A stretch of DNA of 64,000 nt from Trichoplax sp. H2. Lineage: Eukaryota. The stretch's first letter is position 1, and each line of letters begins with the position of its first letter. Positions 27,617-42,100 of this stretch are shown here, in pieces. The stretch is from positions 186,001 through 250,000 of the forward strand of contig NOWV01000028.1 of assembly GCA_003344405.1 (NCBI GenBank). The letters are read 5' to 3'. A program made the position numbers and the translations under genes. The notes below the pieces were generated by a model. That model was not told where the DNA came from. It searched no databases and saw only the letters and a list, made by a program, of their open reading frames with translations.

Positions 27617-29599
27617 CTGCAATAAAAAAAAACACAGACACGTAACAAAAGTTAATATCTTTTGAAAACATTCCTGAATATAATTTTAGAGCTGACTTTA
27701 AGTTAATATCATCATATTCAATCTTCCGCTAATCCTGCTGAGACTAAATTAATAATATTGGATGTTAAGAACAATAGCTTTGATCATCTATGAATGATCT
27801 GACATTTTTTTCTAATATAAATTTATCATAACATGAAGTTGCAATTTATTTCTTAATTTGTTTTTCTAAACGTAGTTATAAATTCACTAATAATTACGCG
27901 CATAATTTGTACTAGCGTATCCCCAAGCACTTTCTAGAATTAATCGACGCCTACCAATTAATAAAATGCTTTAGATATGGTCTAGACTAAAACCGTAGGG
28001 GCATTGATCTCGTTCTACTATGCTATGTGTAACATATATTTTATGAAATATGCGTATTTACACAGCAATCCATATTTGACCGCAATATGGCAACTATCTC
28101 AACTACAATCGTAGAATTATAATTTCTAATCGAAAAAGGAACATGAAATAATTTTAAATTTCGTAATAAGTTTTGCAATGAGGAAGAAACAAATATAATT
28201 TGCTTTCCAAGTAGGATAAATAAACAAATACATACGTATCAGTGGGACATAAAAACTTTTGCGATATCTAATGGCCTCGATTCATAACATGTAATTTTAT
28301 TGGGATTAACTTATACAATTTTATGCCTTAAATGAATCTTGTTTTGCTTATTAGGAAATATTCACTGCAATGAAATTGTAATTTGGAATGTAAATTATGA
28401 TATCTCTGACAGAAAAAATAATAAATTAAATCTGATGGTTAATCAAACAAATGCCTACACTGATGGGAATTGACTTTCGCTTATTTAGAAAAGACTTAAA
28501 GTTTTGCTTGTAATCTTTTATTTCTATCGCTTTTGATATATTTACGCTTTTAGTACCGAATAAACCGAACTTTTAACATTTCTCTCTTCAGTATTAACAT
28601 AGATTAGGCATAAGTGATGAGAAATTGATATTGAGACTAGGTACTGAATAGATTCAATGCCTCCCGATTCATATACAATTAATTAAGAATATTTTCTCTG
28701 TTCGACTTGCAATTCACAATCACAAGATATCGGAGAAAAAGACAGATAACAATAGCTAAAGTTATGGATTTAGTAAGAGTAATATATATAAATAACAGCT
28801 AAACTAGCTATTGATTCCATAAAATGACAGAATGCAAATAGATCATTGACTTAACAACTATCCACAGACATCTGTTTATTAAAAAGAATAAAGAGACTGA
28901 ACACCCGCTGCGGGGTAAAATTTATGTCATTTATTATGCTCTGTTTTGACCTTAGTTAAGAGCGTATATGGTTAAATAGTCTCATTTGTAGAATTAACCA
29001 TATTTTTTATCTTAGAAAATACTGTCACGTAAGCTATTTGAAAAATTAAACTTTTCCTTTGATCCAGGTTGATTCATGTTTGCAGCTATCAGATGGTATT
29101 TTTAAGTTCGTAATAAGGGATTCACTAATAATTAATAATAGTAGATCTTCATTTAGGTAATTTAGATGCTTTAGTTAAGCAAATATCATAACTATAGTTA
29201 ATGATAACTACTCCTAACTCACGAAAGTATCATGCTATCTGTAATGGTCATTAAGCAAATAATTTTAACCACAATCGCGACATCTAAATTCATGAATCAT
29301 GTCACAATAGCTTAATGTCTTCTACACAGAGCCGGTGATGGACTTATTAGAATTTAAATTTCACCCTTATTTTAACATAAAATAAAATATTCTGTTGCCA
29401 AAATAAATAAGTTACCATACACCTTAATAAGATTAATCTTATGATGAAACGTTGTTTAACATAAGTATTCTTTTACGTCCTTCAGTTTTTAAGTCTATAA
29501 CACATGGGCTAACTTAATATCATAGGGGTTTTGCTTTATGAAGCAGCCGTCTATCGTTTCGGATTTTAAAGTTAATAGAAATTGCGGTTAGACCATCAT

Positions 29600-30440
29600 C
29601 ACAATTTACTCTGTATGTTAATTATCAGGTTGAAAGCAATTAGAATCTGTACATTAGCCGTCTAGTTGCGAAAAAATTGATCAATATATCACATGCTAGC
29701 ATACGCGTTGTAATTGAACTATGTATAGGAGTTGCTTATACTATAATGTTCCTATAACAAGTTGACAATATCCCTCTGTATATTAATTATCAAGCAGAAA
29801 GTAATTAAAATCAGTGTATCTGCCGTCAAGTAGCGTAAAATTGATCAATATGCTATATGGGAGCATATGTGTGGTAACTAGACTATGTATTCGAGTTGCT
29901 TATCCCTTAATGTTCCTATAATAAGTTGACTATATCTTCCTGTGTATTAATTATTAAGTAGAAAGAAATTAAAATCAGTGTAAAGCCTATCAAGTTGGCG
30001 GAGAAATTGATCAATATGCTACAGGCGAGCATATTATAATTAGACTTTATATGCGAAATACTCATACCATGATCTTACTATGGCAAGATTGACCGTATCT
30101 ATATGTATATTTTTGTCAAGCAGAAAGCAATTAAAATCAATGTTCCGGCCATGAAATTGGCGTGAAAATTGATCAATATTGTACGTACGAGTTAACGTGT
30201 TGCAATTGGGCTACAAATGCATTTTATTTATATCATGATCTTCCTATAACAAGGTCGATTATATCTTTCTCTCTACGTATAGTTTTATCAAGCAGGAAGC
30301 AATTATGATCAGCATATCAGCGTTCAATATTGTGTAAAAAGTGATCATTATACTACGTGCGAACATATTACAATTGGACTATATGTACGAGTTACTTATA
30401 CCATAATCTCCCTAATACAAAGTTAACTATATCTTAACTC
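29600..30440. repeat. Degenerate tandem repeat, ~165-bp unit, 5 copies
   Basis: Anchor (aaa)ttgatcaatat at ~29677, 29841, 30007, 30169 and 30341 (last copy degenerate). Shared ttatcaagcagaaagcaatta and ttcctataacaag. Confidence 0.85.
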
Positions 30441-30738
30441 TATTCAGATACCTCATGATATAGTGAGGGCCAAACTAACTGAAGATAAAATCGGTTTTGT
30501 TGCAGTTTACAAAAGAGGTTCACGTAAGCTAGTCGTGATACTCGGTGTAGACTAAACTTCCAGATATATTTTCTTGGGAACTGGCACTTTAGATTCTACC
30601 ACTGTAGGTTTATAAACTAAATTTAAATAAATTCGGTAAATATGTACCATAATGTCCATGTATTTCCTCCTATACTCAAGATATTAGCATGCTTGTAAAT
30701 CAAAGTAAACGATAAAAACGTCTTCTTGTACATTTTAC

Positions 30739-30745
30739 CTGTCAT
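30739..30745 (-). CDS. Candidate start micro-exon (ATG ACA G|gtaaaa) of the tandem-PH gene
   Basis: The 27616 exon needs a phase-1 upstream donor, and this site gives M-T-V-PRIEE. It is a short motif that could occur by chance. Confidence 0.2.
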
Positions 30746-31257
30746 AACTGGAAATTATGATATCATTTGTTTTTCTCACATTTTCGATCGTAACGCGTTA
30801 ATTAAAGATAATATCTTTAATCACATGTAATCTACATTTAGGAATTAAATTTTAGCTTTATGTCACTTATATGAAGCTGTGAAAAGTACAACTAGGTATG
30901 TTTCTAGCACTAGCTATTGAATAAGGAAGCAACCCAAAAATATATTACTATTTGCAACCATTTTAATGAGTCAATGTGAATTTGTGATATGTCAAGGAAG
31001 TCTCGCTAATTTAATGATGAAAATATTCGATTTACATAGTTGTTCAGGCTAGCAAGTTTCCAGCCATTCAGGAGTTGAATAATCTACCCTACCAATGCCA
31101 TAAAATCTACAAATTCTGATACACTTGCCTAATATTACATAACTCTAACCATACAAATGATGTCGCATGGATAAATAAGCAATGGAATAATAGATCACTA
31201 TAATTTACTGTGTACAACTCGGAAATAAAGTAATTTACAAAAACTTCCGTGGATAGT

Positions 31258-31525
31258 AGTACGTGTATCTTGAACGAATTTAGAAGGAATCATATATAGT
31301 GTATAGCTATAGACGTTATTATAGGTTCATATCATAAAACCCTCCACTCGATTCTATGAAAGTGTTATGTATTCTGTATTAATGCATCAATGTAATTAAC
31401 TATGCATAGCTTATAACTAACGTAATTTGCAAAATCGACTGCAGTATGTGTATCTTGAACGAGTTTAGAAGGAATTCGGTATAAGTATTAAAGGTAGATA
31501 TTATAGATTCAAATCATAAAATCCC
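31258..31525. repeat. Degenerate direct duplication, ~185-bp spacing
   Basis: gtgtatcttgaacga.tttagaaggaat ... atcataaaa occurs twice. Confidence 0.7.
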
Positions 31526-34237
31526 TGTCACGTTCTGTAATAGTTACATAATTAGTATGTTACCTTCTTTCTATATATGGTTAAATATCACGATGTTATC
31601 ACGTCATGCGTATATAGATGTAGTTATGGTACTGTATTAAGGTTATCTATATATGTATTCTCATGTTGCCATACTCGGTATGATATTCTATTTGTAATGT
31701 CTAAACTAGGGAAACCTTTCTGTTAGTGATGATCTTGTGATCTACGTTAGTAGATCAAAGGTCACAATAAAGAAAGTACATAAACTCTTTATTTTAATAA
31801 TAAAGTTAGTTCTTCAACTTAATTACTGGGTCTCCTTGCTGAGTGCAGATCTAGTACTTGTTACAAAATTTGGAAGTTGTAACAATCCCCTACCCAATTC
31901 TATAAAAAGTTTTGTGTTTCCTATGAGAATTATGTTTCTTTGTGTATTTAGTAATATAATAGTAGCAAATTCCATTTAAAACGTTTTATATCATATGGGT
32001 TTTACTCCATTTCTTTCTACGTCCCCTTTTTAAGCTGAATCGATAATCGATTCCTATCAAAGATTAAAAAATTGCTATAAGTGTGAGCTCTTAAAATGCT
32101 ATTTGTACATTTGTTACTTTTACTACTTAAGAAACGTAACTATTCTTATTAAATAGATGTACTAATCCTCTACATTTAAAAACCAAAGCAGCTTCCTTAA
32201 AATTAAACAATACTATGAAGATAATCTATTTAATTCGCTGCAAGGGTATAGCTCTGTCTACATGACATGTTGTCTTCTTTTATTACTTCTGCACCACGAA
32301 ACTATTTGAATCAAATTACTAACTCTTTATTTCGAGGCATTGAATTATACCGTATGGTACATATCTAATCAAGGTTAGGAATCTTAAATTACCTGCGAAT
32401 GTTTGTACACTGCATTAATTTAACATAGAGATTTACTATGTCGAAAAAAATAACGATAGAATCAAACCCTATCTGATTTTACGTTTATGACTATCATTTA
32501 AAATGATTTAAGATAATGTATAAGTAACAGTGTGACTGCTTTTAGCTCGAATTAGGCTATTAAATTTATTGAATGCTCCATATTAATCTAAGTTACCGAA
32601 ACTATTTTAATGTAAATTTCATTTAACTATTAAAAATATATTATCTTAATCATTGTGGTCGATGATCGTAAGCTGTTAAAATTTACAGATTTAGAAAAAC
32701 TGAAGCTCACTTTCGTGGGCTTTTCGTATTCTGCCTAAAAAAAAATTTTAACTTTAATTTAGAGCCTAATAAGGTCAAAAATATCATTTTGAGATTTCAC
32801 TAGGCTTTTAATAGTACCATATTCTCTGAAACGACGATAATATGTACTTTACTACACCATAGAAAACTTGCAATCTCTGGTTATTTAATTCGATTCTAAA
32901 CATGACAACATAACCTGGATAATTTTCAGGATTAACCAGTACTTTTTTTTGCATTAGCAGGTTAGAGTACCTGCTAACTTTATGTCGTGTCTGATTTCTT
33001 TATGAACAATCTACATACCTTTTAATGTTCTATCATGATATCATAAATCAATGCTTTGAATAAATCCTCTGGGACTGGTCAATTTATAGTTGCTTTGCAA
33101 GAGAGTTTTTTCACGCTTTAAGCGTAAATTAGTTCTCAGACAATTTTTCCTTTCAATGTAACGAGTTACTTTATAGTAGTAATGATTATATGAACGATAA
33201 TTAGACTAAATCTACACTAATAAATCGTAATTTCATTATAGTCAATTATTGTCAAGATAACTTTACTATTATTTTATCGCTCATTAAGAAGTAATTAGAG
33301 CAGAAACAAAACTTAAAATTAGGATACAAAGAAGCTCATAAATCGCTTGATAGTAATGTAGTGCAGTCCCAAAATAGATCATGTTTGTAGGTTAGATTCT
33401 GAGGGTTACTTATGTGTATATCAATAGAGCTGAATATTACAGGTAATCCTTAAAAAACGAACTAATGCAAGCGAAATGAATAAGAAACCAAAACCCAAGT
33501 TCTTGTTACAACTTTTGAAGCACTTTATAGCATCTAAGCAAATTTTAAATTACATACCGAGCAACAAAACATTCATATATCGATTACGACTCGTTATATC
33601 AAGCTAACGACTTCTGAGTAGGAGTAGTTGATCCAGTATAGTAGACTTAATATGTTTAAAAGACAGTTTGATCGGGCATAATCTTTACTCAATTGGCTAC
33701 AGATCTTCTTAAACTTAATGCTGACAGCATACTGTAGGTAGAATTTAATATCCTTCCTACACATAAGTAGCAGAAATGCTATACTAGATGCATAGAGTAG
33801 TCGATATAATTTTACTATCTACAATAAAATAGGATTACGCCGTAGTTGATTGGTTTCAACGTTGAAGGAACTAATAATCCGAACATTCTCTTTCAAAATC
33901 ATTAAACAGATGATCAAGCTCAGTTAGACACCTCCTAAACGAATTGACATAAACGAAGCACGCTATTTCTATTCTAAGTAAATAAAATAGCACCCTTCTT
34001 TATCCTTATTTATTTATCTAATAATGTCACACCATCTTGCATGTAAACCGAGGATAACTTTAATGATAAATGATCCCAAAATTAATTATTGTTACTAAAA
34101 CCTTTCATCGAATAAAATTATTCGCAATAATTATATCGCTATCGTCTTCATAATCAGCTAAGAAAAGTAAAGATAAGCAAAGAAATACAAGTTTGGCCTT
34201 ATGCATACCTAGTAGCTATGAAGAACGTTTAAATGCA

Positions 34238-34335
34238 TCTCTATAATTATAGTAAGCTTCTGGTAGAGTGTCGATAAAGATTAATGTCTCTATAATTATA
34301 GTAGGATGCTGATAGAGTGTCGATAAAGATTAATG
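34238..34335. repeat. 49-bp tandem duplication
   Basis: tctctataattatagta...tagagtgtcgataaagattaatg occurs twice. Confidence 0.85.
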
Positions 34336-37300
34336 GATACTCTGTCTTACTTTCAAATAGACTTTAAAGTAGCGTTAACATTATGTATCGTGAATTATTA
34401 ATTCGAGAAGAAATTGACTTAAATGAAAATAGAAGCTTACTTTGTTTTATTGCGCCATCCATTTCCTATTAATGATCAGCACAGAAACTAACTTGCAAAG
34501 TTTTATCTTGATTAGTAGCCGAGAGATTTTAAAAAAATCATGACCATTCTTCTCGTAGAATATACCATCAATTTAATCTTATGCTTTCATCGTTTGTCGA
34601 AGGTAATATAAAATGATTAATACGTTATGTTTTAAACTTTGATAGTAAATACGATTGTATGTATTATTATCAATAGCGTGATTCAAATTTTAAACTGATC
34701 TTCACTCCAAGAATTAATTTCTTAAACATGCTTTAGATGCATCAAGTCCAATACAAATATCGAAATTTAGGGTGATGAATAAGGAAGACGGTAATACAAC
34801 ATAAAGAATAGAATCCAATTTTGCAATTAAATTCATGAAAGGCAATCGCCAATAGAGTTGAATAAGGATATATGGATTGAGACATTGTAAATAAATAAAT
34901 AAAAATACGATCGTCTATAATGATGAATAACTTTTTTGACTAGCAACCTATTCAATTCAATTATTTCTTTTATATCTTTTATTTGAAATAAATTATATAC
35001 AGTACGTGTTCGTAAAGGCATTATTTATAATTGATAGGCAATCACTGGCTGAAAATAGTTGATTTGATGAATAATCAATCATCACATGTTCAAAATCACT
35101 TCAAACAATTCTTGCTAATAGTATGGAGGGCATCTAATTTTAGTTTGATCGTTACATAACAAAATTATGATGTTACAGTTTATTATAAAACGATATTTAA
35201 TAAGGATGAGGCGAAAATTTGTTCAATAAAATCTAAATTAACTACGATATTACTCAATTTGCCAATGTTGGCTGTCTAGGCACATGTTTCTTGCAACATT
35301 ATTTAAATGTTAACGAAAAGGCAATTCAACAGAATATAACGTTAATGCTTAGAAGAATTTCGTGCAAAATGATCCTAACTTTATAAAGATACCATTCAAT
35401 TAGAAATTAAGGTCACTAAAAACCAGTTTGTGGCGATTTGCAGCAAATGATGATAAACCTCGTAATATCACAGCAAGGACTTGAGGCCAAATCTAACTTT
35501 AATATCTTTTACTTATACGATAAGATAATTATTTAACTAGACAATGCATCAAAGTTTATCAAAATTTAATTTGAAATTATTCAGATACGATAATAAAGCC
35601 ATCCAGGCGGTACAATGCCATAGCTTTATAAAATTTCCTTCAACGTAATTTAACACTAGGGCGAAATAGCCTCTTAACTGGTAATTCAATCTAATTGATC
35701 TAACTACACACTACAAAAGTACTATTTAGGCATTCTGATATACTAATTTTTAGATTTTTCTTCGATACGATTGAATTTGAAGATGAAATAGTTTATCAAA
35801 ATATACTGCAAACTTATCGATGTAATTTATTCACTGCGAAGATATTATTTAGGAGATATAATAGCTTTATGCATTCCCCCTAGATGCGATTCGACACTAC
35901 AATAAAATAAAAAATTGAAATTTAGTAGCATCCCATTGATACAATTTAGATACTACGAAGTAACTATTTTGGCCCACTACGTTATCATTTTCTATAATTC
36001 TCTCTGATATGAAACTCTAGGATAAAGTTTTTTAATTGTTCATTTTACAAAGCTTCTTGGAGTCCATTCGATTAAAATTTTCTAAACGCAATCTAGACTG
36101 GATAATGAAAGTACTAGAAGTTACAATATATCAAGATTTATCAGAAATCGACCACCACAATTTAAATAAATAATTTAATCAATTTAACATCGTACATGTT
36201 TCATAGCTAAGTAATAATCTATTTTTACATCATTTCATCTTCCATGATGATCTAACTACCCAAAATATCCCAAGCTTAATACTAATCTGCTAGATACAAT
36301 TAAAACTTAACGATGATAATACTCAGGACATCATCAAAGTGGGCTTGTAAAAATATCGATATTAGTTCTTATCCTGATGATCGTTTTATTTTGTACGGCT
36401 ATCCAGAAATGTACTAGTTAGCAACTGTTCTCGCTGACAGGTTGATCAGTGCAGGAAATAGTTTATGCCATTGTTTTACTTTGATTTTACATTTTGTTTA
36501 CATAAACAAATGACATTAGAATCTAAAAAGAATTAGTTATCAATTAATAATTATTGATCTTATTGTTTAATTATTTATCATCTAGTTTACGAATTCTTTT
36601 CTATTGTTTAGATTTTATAATATAGCTTTAATCTAGTACTTTATTATTTGCCGACATCATGAATCGTAGCGTTGGCGTCCTTGAATAGATCTATTATAAA
36701 CGTTCAAATAAATTGCCGTTACCCTAAGGTAGTTAAATAACTTAGGAATGATAGTTCATTTGAGTAAATCGCTAGCCTTATCTATAGTATCCACTATGAT
36801 TGAATCAATCGATTGCAGCAACCATAAGCGGACACACAGCTAGTTAAAATGAATGATTATAAGTTATAGACATCTGCTACACTTATAATTCATGAATATG
36901 TTCGTAAAGTCTTATCTAATTTCAATTCTATCCCTTAAACTCGAAAATAGTGTCAGTTATTGATCAAAATCTAGTTCAAGATCGCCTAGATCGCATTTCA
37001 AGATAAGCACAAGTGCATAATCAGACTCAGCTGCTATGAGTGAATTGGTTTCTTTCAACTAATTGCTAAGGTTGCCTTAGATCATGTAATTTGAAAAACA
37101 AGGCCAAACTACTATGGTATTACTTATCATGAACCTGATATATAAAACTTAAACCGATAACGGTCATGTAATTATTGTATAGCATGTTAGGTTTCTTTTA
37201 GTAGTCTATAGCACATAATGACTCAATCTAAACTTTACGAATTGAAATAATTGCACTAAGTACGCCATACATCGTGTTTGAATAGCTGCTAGAGTGAAAT

Positions 37301-39109
37301 CATGAGAGCAATTAACAGATTAAGAGATACTTTCCGGCCGGTTCAGGGGTATAATTTGAAAGGAATACCGAAAAACCGATAGAATTACTTTCTAAACGGA
37401 ATATTTTACTTCACCCACCAATAATTATAATCTGTACTATGAGGTTATTTTAACAGCTTTTTAAAAGATATCGTAGCTCTTCGACCTCAACTTGGGCTAT
37501 CAAAATTAATAAGTTAGTCATAAACGACTGCAGTGATATCCAGATAATCGATTGAGTGTCTATGGCTATGATAAAGCACGATTTCGGTTTTCTGCGCAAT
37601 AATTGGTTATATGAATAAAACTACTCGACCATGAATATCACCGTAAGGCTAACATGCTGTAAGTAATAATTCAGGAACAACCTTTATGAGTTATATCTAG
37701 CTGAACTGTCGGTAGCTGTATTATATAGTATAGGTCTATAAATAAAATACTAGCTATTAAGTGAAATAAAAGACTGCAGATATCGTAATAAAAATATGAC
37801 GTTGTCTAGCAGTATTGACAAATGAATTCTAACCAATCGATAGCGATATCTATTTTTATTGGCTTATTCCTTTTAACATATATGACCACATTACCCAAAA
37901 CTGTACATTAAAGTTGAATAGCGACGATAACTATTAATAACAGAAAGAAAAAACGAAATGTATTAGCATAGTCACAGGCAAATTCTTATACAATATCTCG
38001 TATGTTTTAATAGATGGAAAGAACAGACTTATATCACAAATAGAACATGTTATAGCCGAAAATGTTGGTATTCCAGATAACTTATCAAATTATAATAATC
38101 GTATAGCGCTAAATAGGCGATTAATTGACAGCCTCATAACTGAGTCATGTAATATAAACGGTGAACAAATTGTTGATGCTTGAGCTAAATAGTTTTGTAT
38201 TTTTAGTGCGTTTCAGTCATAATGTTCTATCTTAACAATTGGAGAATGATGTTTCATTAGTACAGATTGACCAAATTGCCAATAGTACCAATAGTAAATA
38301 TTCGCTATAGATGATTCAACCGCACATGTGTAGTCCACTTTACAGATTTGTATATTAATAGGTTAAAATCGTTAATTCCCAACTAATTTACAAAGTAGAT
38401 CTAGTTTGTTAGCCATGTAACACAACAATAATAGAATTTTGACATGAATAAACAATATGAATTAGAGCGTATTCCTCATCTACAACATTATGATAAATTT
38501 CCTGTATCGGAATAGCGTAATACACCGTACTTAGTAACGGCGGTGAAAAAAATGATAATATACTAGACTATCAATTAGTTAAATGGTTTATGACAATTCG
38601 CATGACCTCGATACGAGAGGCCAATCACTGGTTTTACTAATATCACATATAATTGGTCGGTTTACTTCTTTGCACGATACAATTGAAGTATAAGAAGAAT
38701 ACAGTACTATAAATTTACGTCCAAGAAAAAATTTGTTCGTATCTCAAAATGTATCACAAATCTGATGGAAGGATCACGAATATGGTGAAATGTGAATACG
38801 TCATCGTCATCATTAAGGCAATTCATGTAATTTAGGAAGGTCCTTTACACATCAGAAAAATGTCAAAAGAATAATGGGTTCTATTAAAATGTATCATATA
38901 GTTAATTCTATTACTTATAGCGTAAGCAAATGTTAATCTCCAGATAACTACAATTTCGTATTGACATCTATAATGTGAAATCAGTATAATATGTGAGTTT
39001 TACAATCTTTTACAGTATCCTAAAAAAAATCCATTAATTTTTTTCATAATATTCATACAATGGCAACCTCTGATAATTGACAATTAATAAAACTACATCA
39101 GACATCACA

Positions 39110-42100
39110 CTAAAATCCACCTGGTGGAAATACACCTTGATGATGATCATTAAATAGCATTGGTGGTGCGGTAAACCATGCCGGAACTGGTGGTTGACCT
39201 GACGCCGCTGCCGAAGCTGCTGCCGCTGCAGCATTACCTGATCGTGTCCACTCGTATGCCACTTGGTCAATCATGTTGCGTGATAAGGTTTGACGCAAAC
39301 CTTCTTGGCTGTAAAATTGCATCATACGTTGCAATTCAGGGTTCATACTAAAAGCATTCGATGGTATATTACCCATTGCTAAATTTGATAATACTTCAGG
39401 TGGAATATAAGAACCATTTAGTAACGGAGACATGAAATTATTCTCAATCGGGTGAATACCAGTTGGGCCAAGTTGACTATGTAATGCGGGCATGCCATAT
39501 TGATGAATAGGGTGCATCGCTAGAGATGACGGATCAACATGATGATGCTGATGTTGAAGAGGATTACCGTGGAGCATTCCGGAATGGCATTCATTGTTTG
39601 CCATTAGCGGATTTTGAAATTGAAGTAAGCCATTTCCATTATGAATATTTGGCAATGATGGCAAAGTATTCGCCGCCATATTATGACCATGCATATAATA
39701 ATTGTTAGTTGGATTTACATTACCGTACTGCGTAAATCGATTAGCAGCAACATTATGTACTGATGGTAAATTTCTTTCCTGAATGGCATTGCGAACGGTA
39801 TTACTTTCTTCACGATCAGCCGAAACATCTTGCGGCTTGAAGGCAGATTTTGTTGGAGTCGATCCCTCAGATACAGGTACTCTTTTTTCATCGCTTTTCT
39901 CCTAATAGCAGCAATTAAACAATAAAACATCAGCTGTTAACTTCAATTTTTAATGTATTTTTTATTCATAAACTGAGTCATCAATAATAATCATCATTAT
40001 TGTAGTAATACAGTTAGCTAAATTGTAATATTACGCTCACCATTTCAGGCCTAGACTTCTTATCTTGCTTTACAGCTATTGCACTAGTCGTAGTGGTTGA
40101 TGTAGTCGGTGTCGATGTTGCACTTGTCCCCTTTATTTCCATTTGTTTCAATGGCGTGAAAGATAAATCTGTGCGAGCTGATCCTATTGTTCCTTTCATA
40201 TGATGAAGACGCTTAACAAATCGCGCTGATGTACTAACATGAATGCTTTCTTGATCTTTACTACTGTTTCTATTTGTTCTTTGCGCGTTTCCGTTAATAG
40301 GTTCTTCAGTAGTATTCGTACTGCTTGTGCTTGAGTTATCGTCAGTATCGCTATCGCTACTAACAGATTTCTATACAGCGCAGAATAATCAAGAAATGAC
40401 TCTAAATTATCTTAAATACATCTATTTTTAGATTCCAAGCAGTTCTTGAACTAACCTGGCTTTGCACCTTCTTTTTCGATCGTTTACGTCGTCTGTTATC
40501 AATCGACTTATTAGCAGCACGTTTGGTGCTCGTAGTCTTAGTTGGAACTCTTCCTCTTCTCTTCGGTTTTTGTTCGACGAGCGATCCATTACTACTGGAA
40601 GGACTACATGCAATAGCATTAGATCCAGTAACATCTTGGCGATGTACACCATTATCAACTGATGATGAATCACTATTGCTTGGTGAAGATCTATTACGCG
40701 TGAAGCGACTACTATGCCGATTATTCCCATTATCAACTTTTCGCGGCCTTCTGCGTTTTACTTCCATCTGTAGAAAGGGTTTAGAGGCATTTTAAAACGT
40801 TGTAATATAACGAAAAATTAACTTTGCGAGACGCTTTCAATATTAAATGATCACTTGATTGTTACCTCATCCTTCTTTCTTTTTTCTTTTTCTTTTTCCT
40901 TTTCTCTTTCGTATAATTTTAGTAATTGAGCCGGCGGCTCAACAGAATCAGGAATTGATTTCATTTCTCCATACTTTTTAAAATATATTCTACAATCATC
41001 ACAAAGTAACTGCTTATCAACACCGGAATGGTGCCAACTGCGTGATGTAGTAGAATAACAATGTCGACAACAATACAAGCGACGATCTCTATCGCCTTCT
41101 TCACCAGTCAAACCATCTTCACTAGCAGAACCAAGATCAGCTATAATTATTATTATAAAAGCTAAACATCAATTTAAACCACCGTAGTAATAACAATTCA
41201 TAATAAATTGTTGAAAAAGTCATTCTAAGCGAAGTAAATTATTTATTTCACTTACGAAGTTCAGATTTATTATTTCTAATCTTTGTAGCGCGCGGCGCTC
41301 GCTGACGTCTAATATTACGACGATGTTTTCGATAGGCTTTGGCATTAGTTGCGCCCTTTGTTTTCTTCCAGTGATAGTAAAATTCTATCAAATCACCCTA
41401 TTATCAAGTAGAATGACAGTGAATAAACAAACCGATGATTTGTTAGTACAAATGTATACAATCGAACAATGGTCTTTAATGTCCAAATTGCAATAGGATA
41501 CGTTGCAATCTTTAGGTAGACTACGTAGTTGCGGTTAACTCGTACCGTGTCTTTCTCAGAAAACAGCTCTTTACGTATTCGATGAAAATTTTTGCCGTAT
41601 AGTCTTAATCCTTTGACAAAGCGTTTCTAGATTTATCCAATTTACAACAAAAGTGAATGCATACGGTTAATAACGTAGTACAAGATATTTATTGAAACAG
41701 TAAAAGCCGATCATAAAAATTTACTCTAATTGCATTTACCGTATCATCATCATTCCAAACTTTAAGAAAAGATTTCGGGAGCGGTCTTTCAGTTAGACTC
41801 TTCATAGCTGAGTCAGTATCGAAATGATTTTCATAGAGCTATTTTTATAAGTCAATACTTGATTACTGCCATGGTCTAATTACTTAAATATTGCGGTAAT
41901 ATAATACAGGACGGAAATAATTAATCTTACCTTCATTAATGCGTTATATTGCACGACACAGTCCGATATCTATTAAATTGTAGAATATTTGCAACATTAA
42001 TAACAATACTACTGTAATATAAAATATACAGTATATTCAACTAATTAACTAACAGATAATAAGCACAACCTACCAGATAATCGCTATCCTCGGTTTTACC

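Noticed and set aside
40428..40795. Overlapping alternative-frame and antisense ORFs (also 39034, 39526, 39715, 12536, 13924, 2492, 6081, 50500)
   Set aside because: Shadows of real coding exons.
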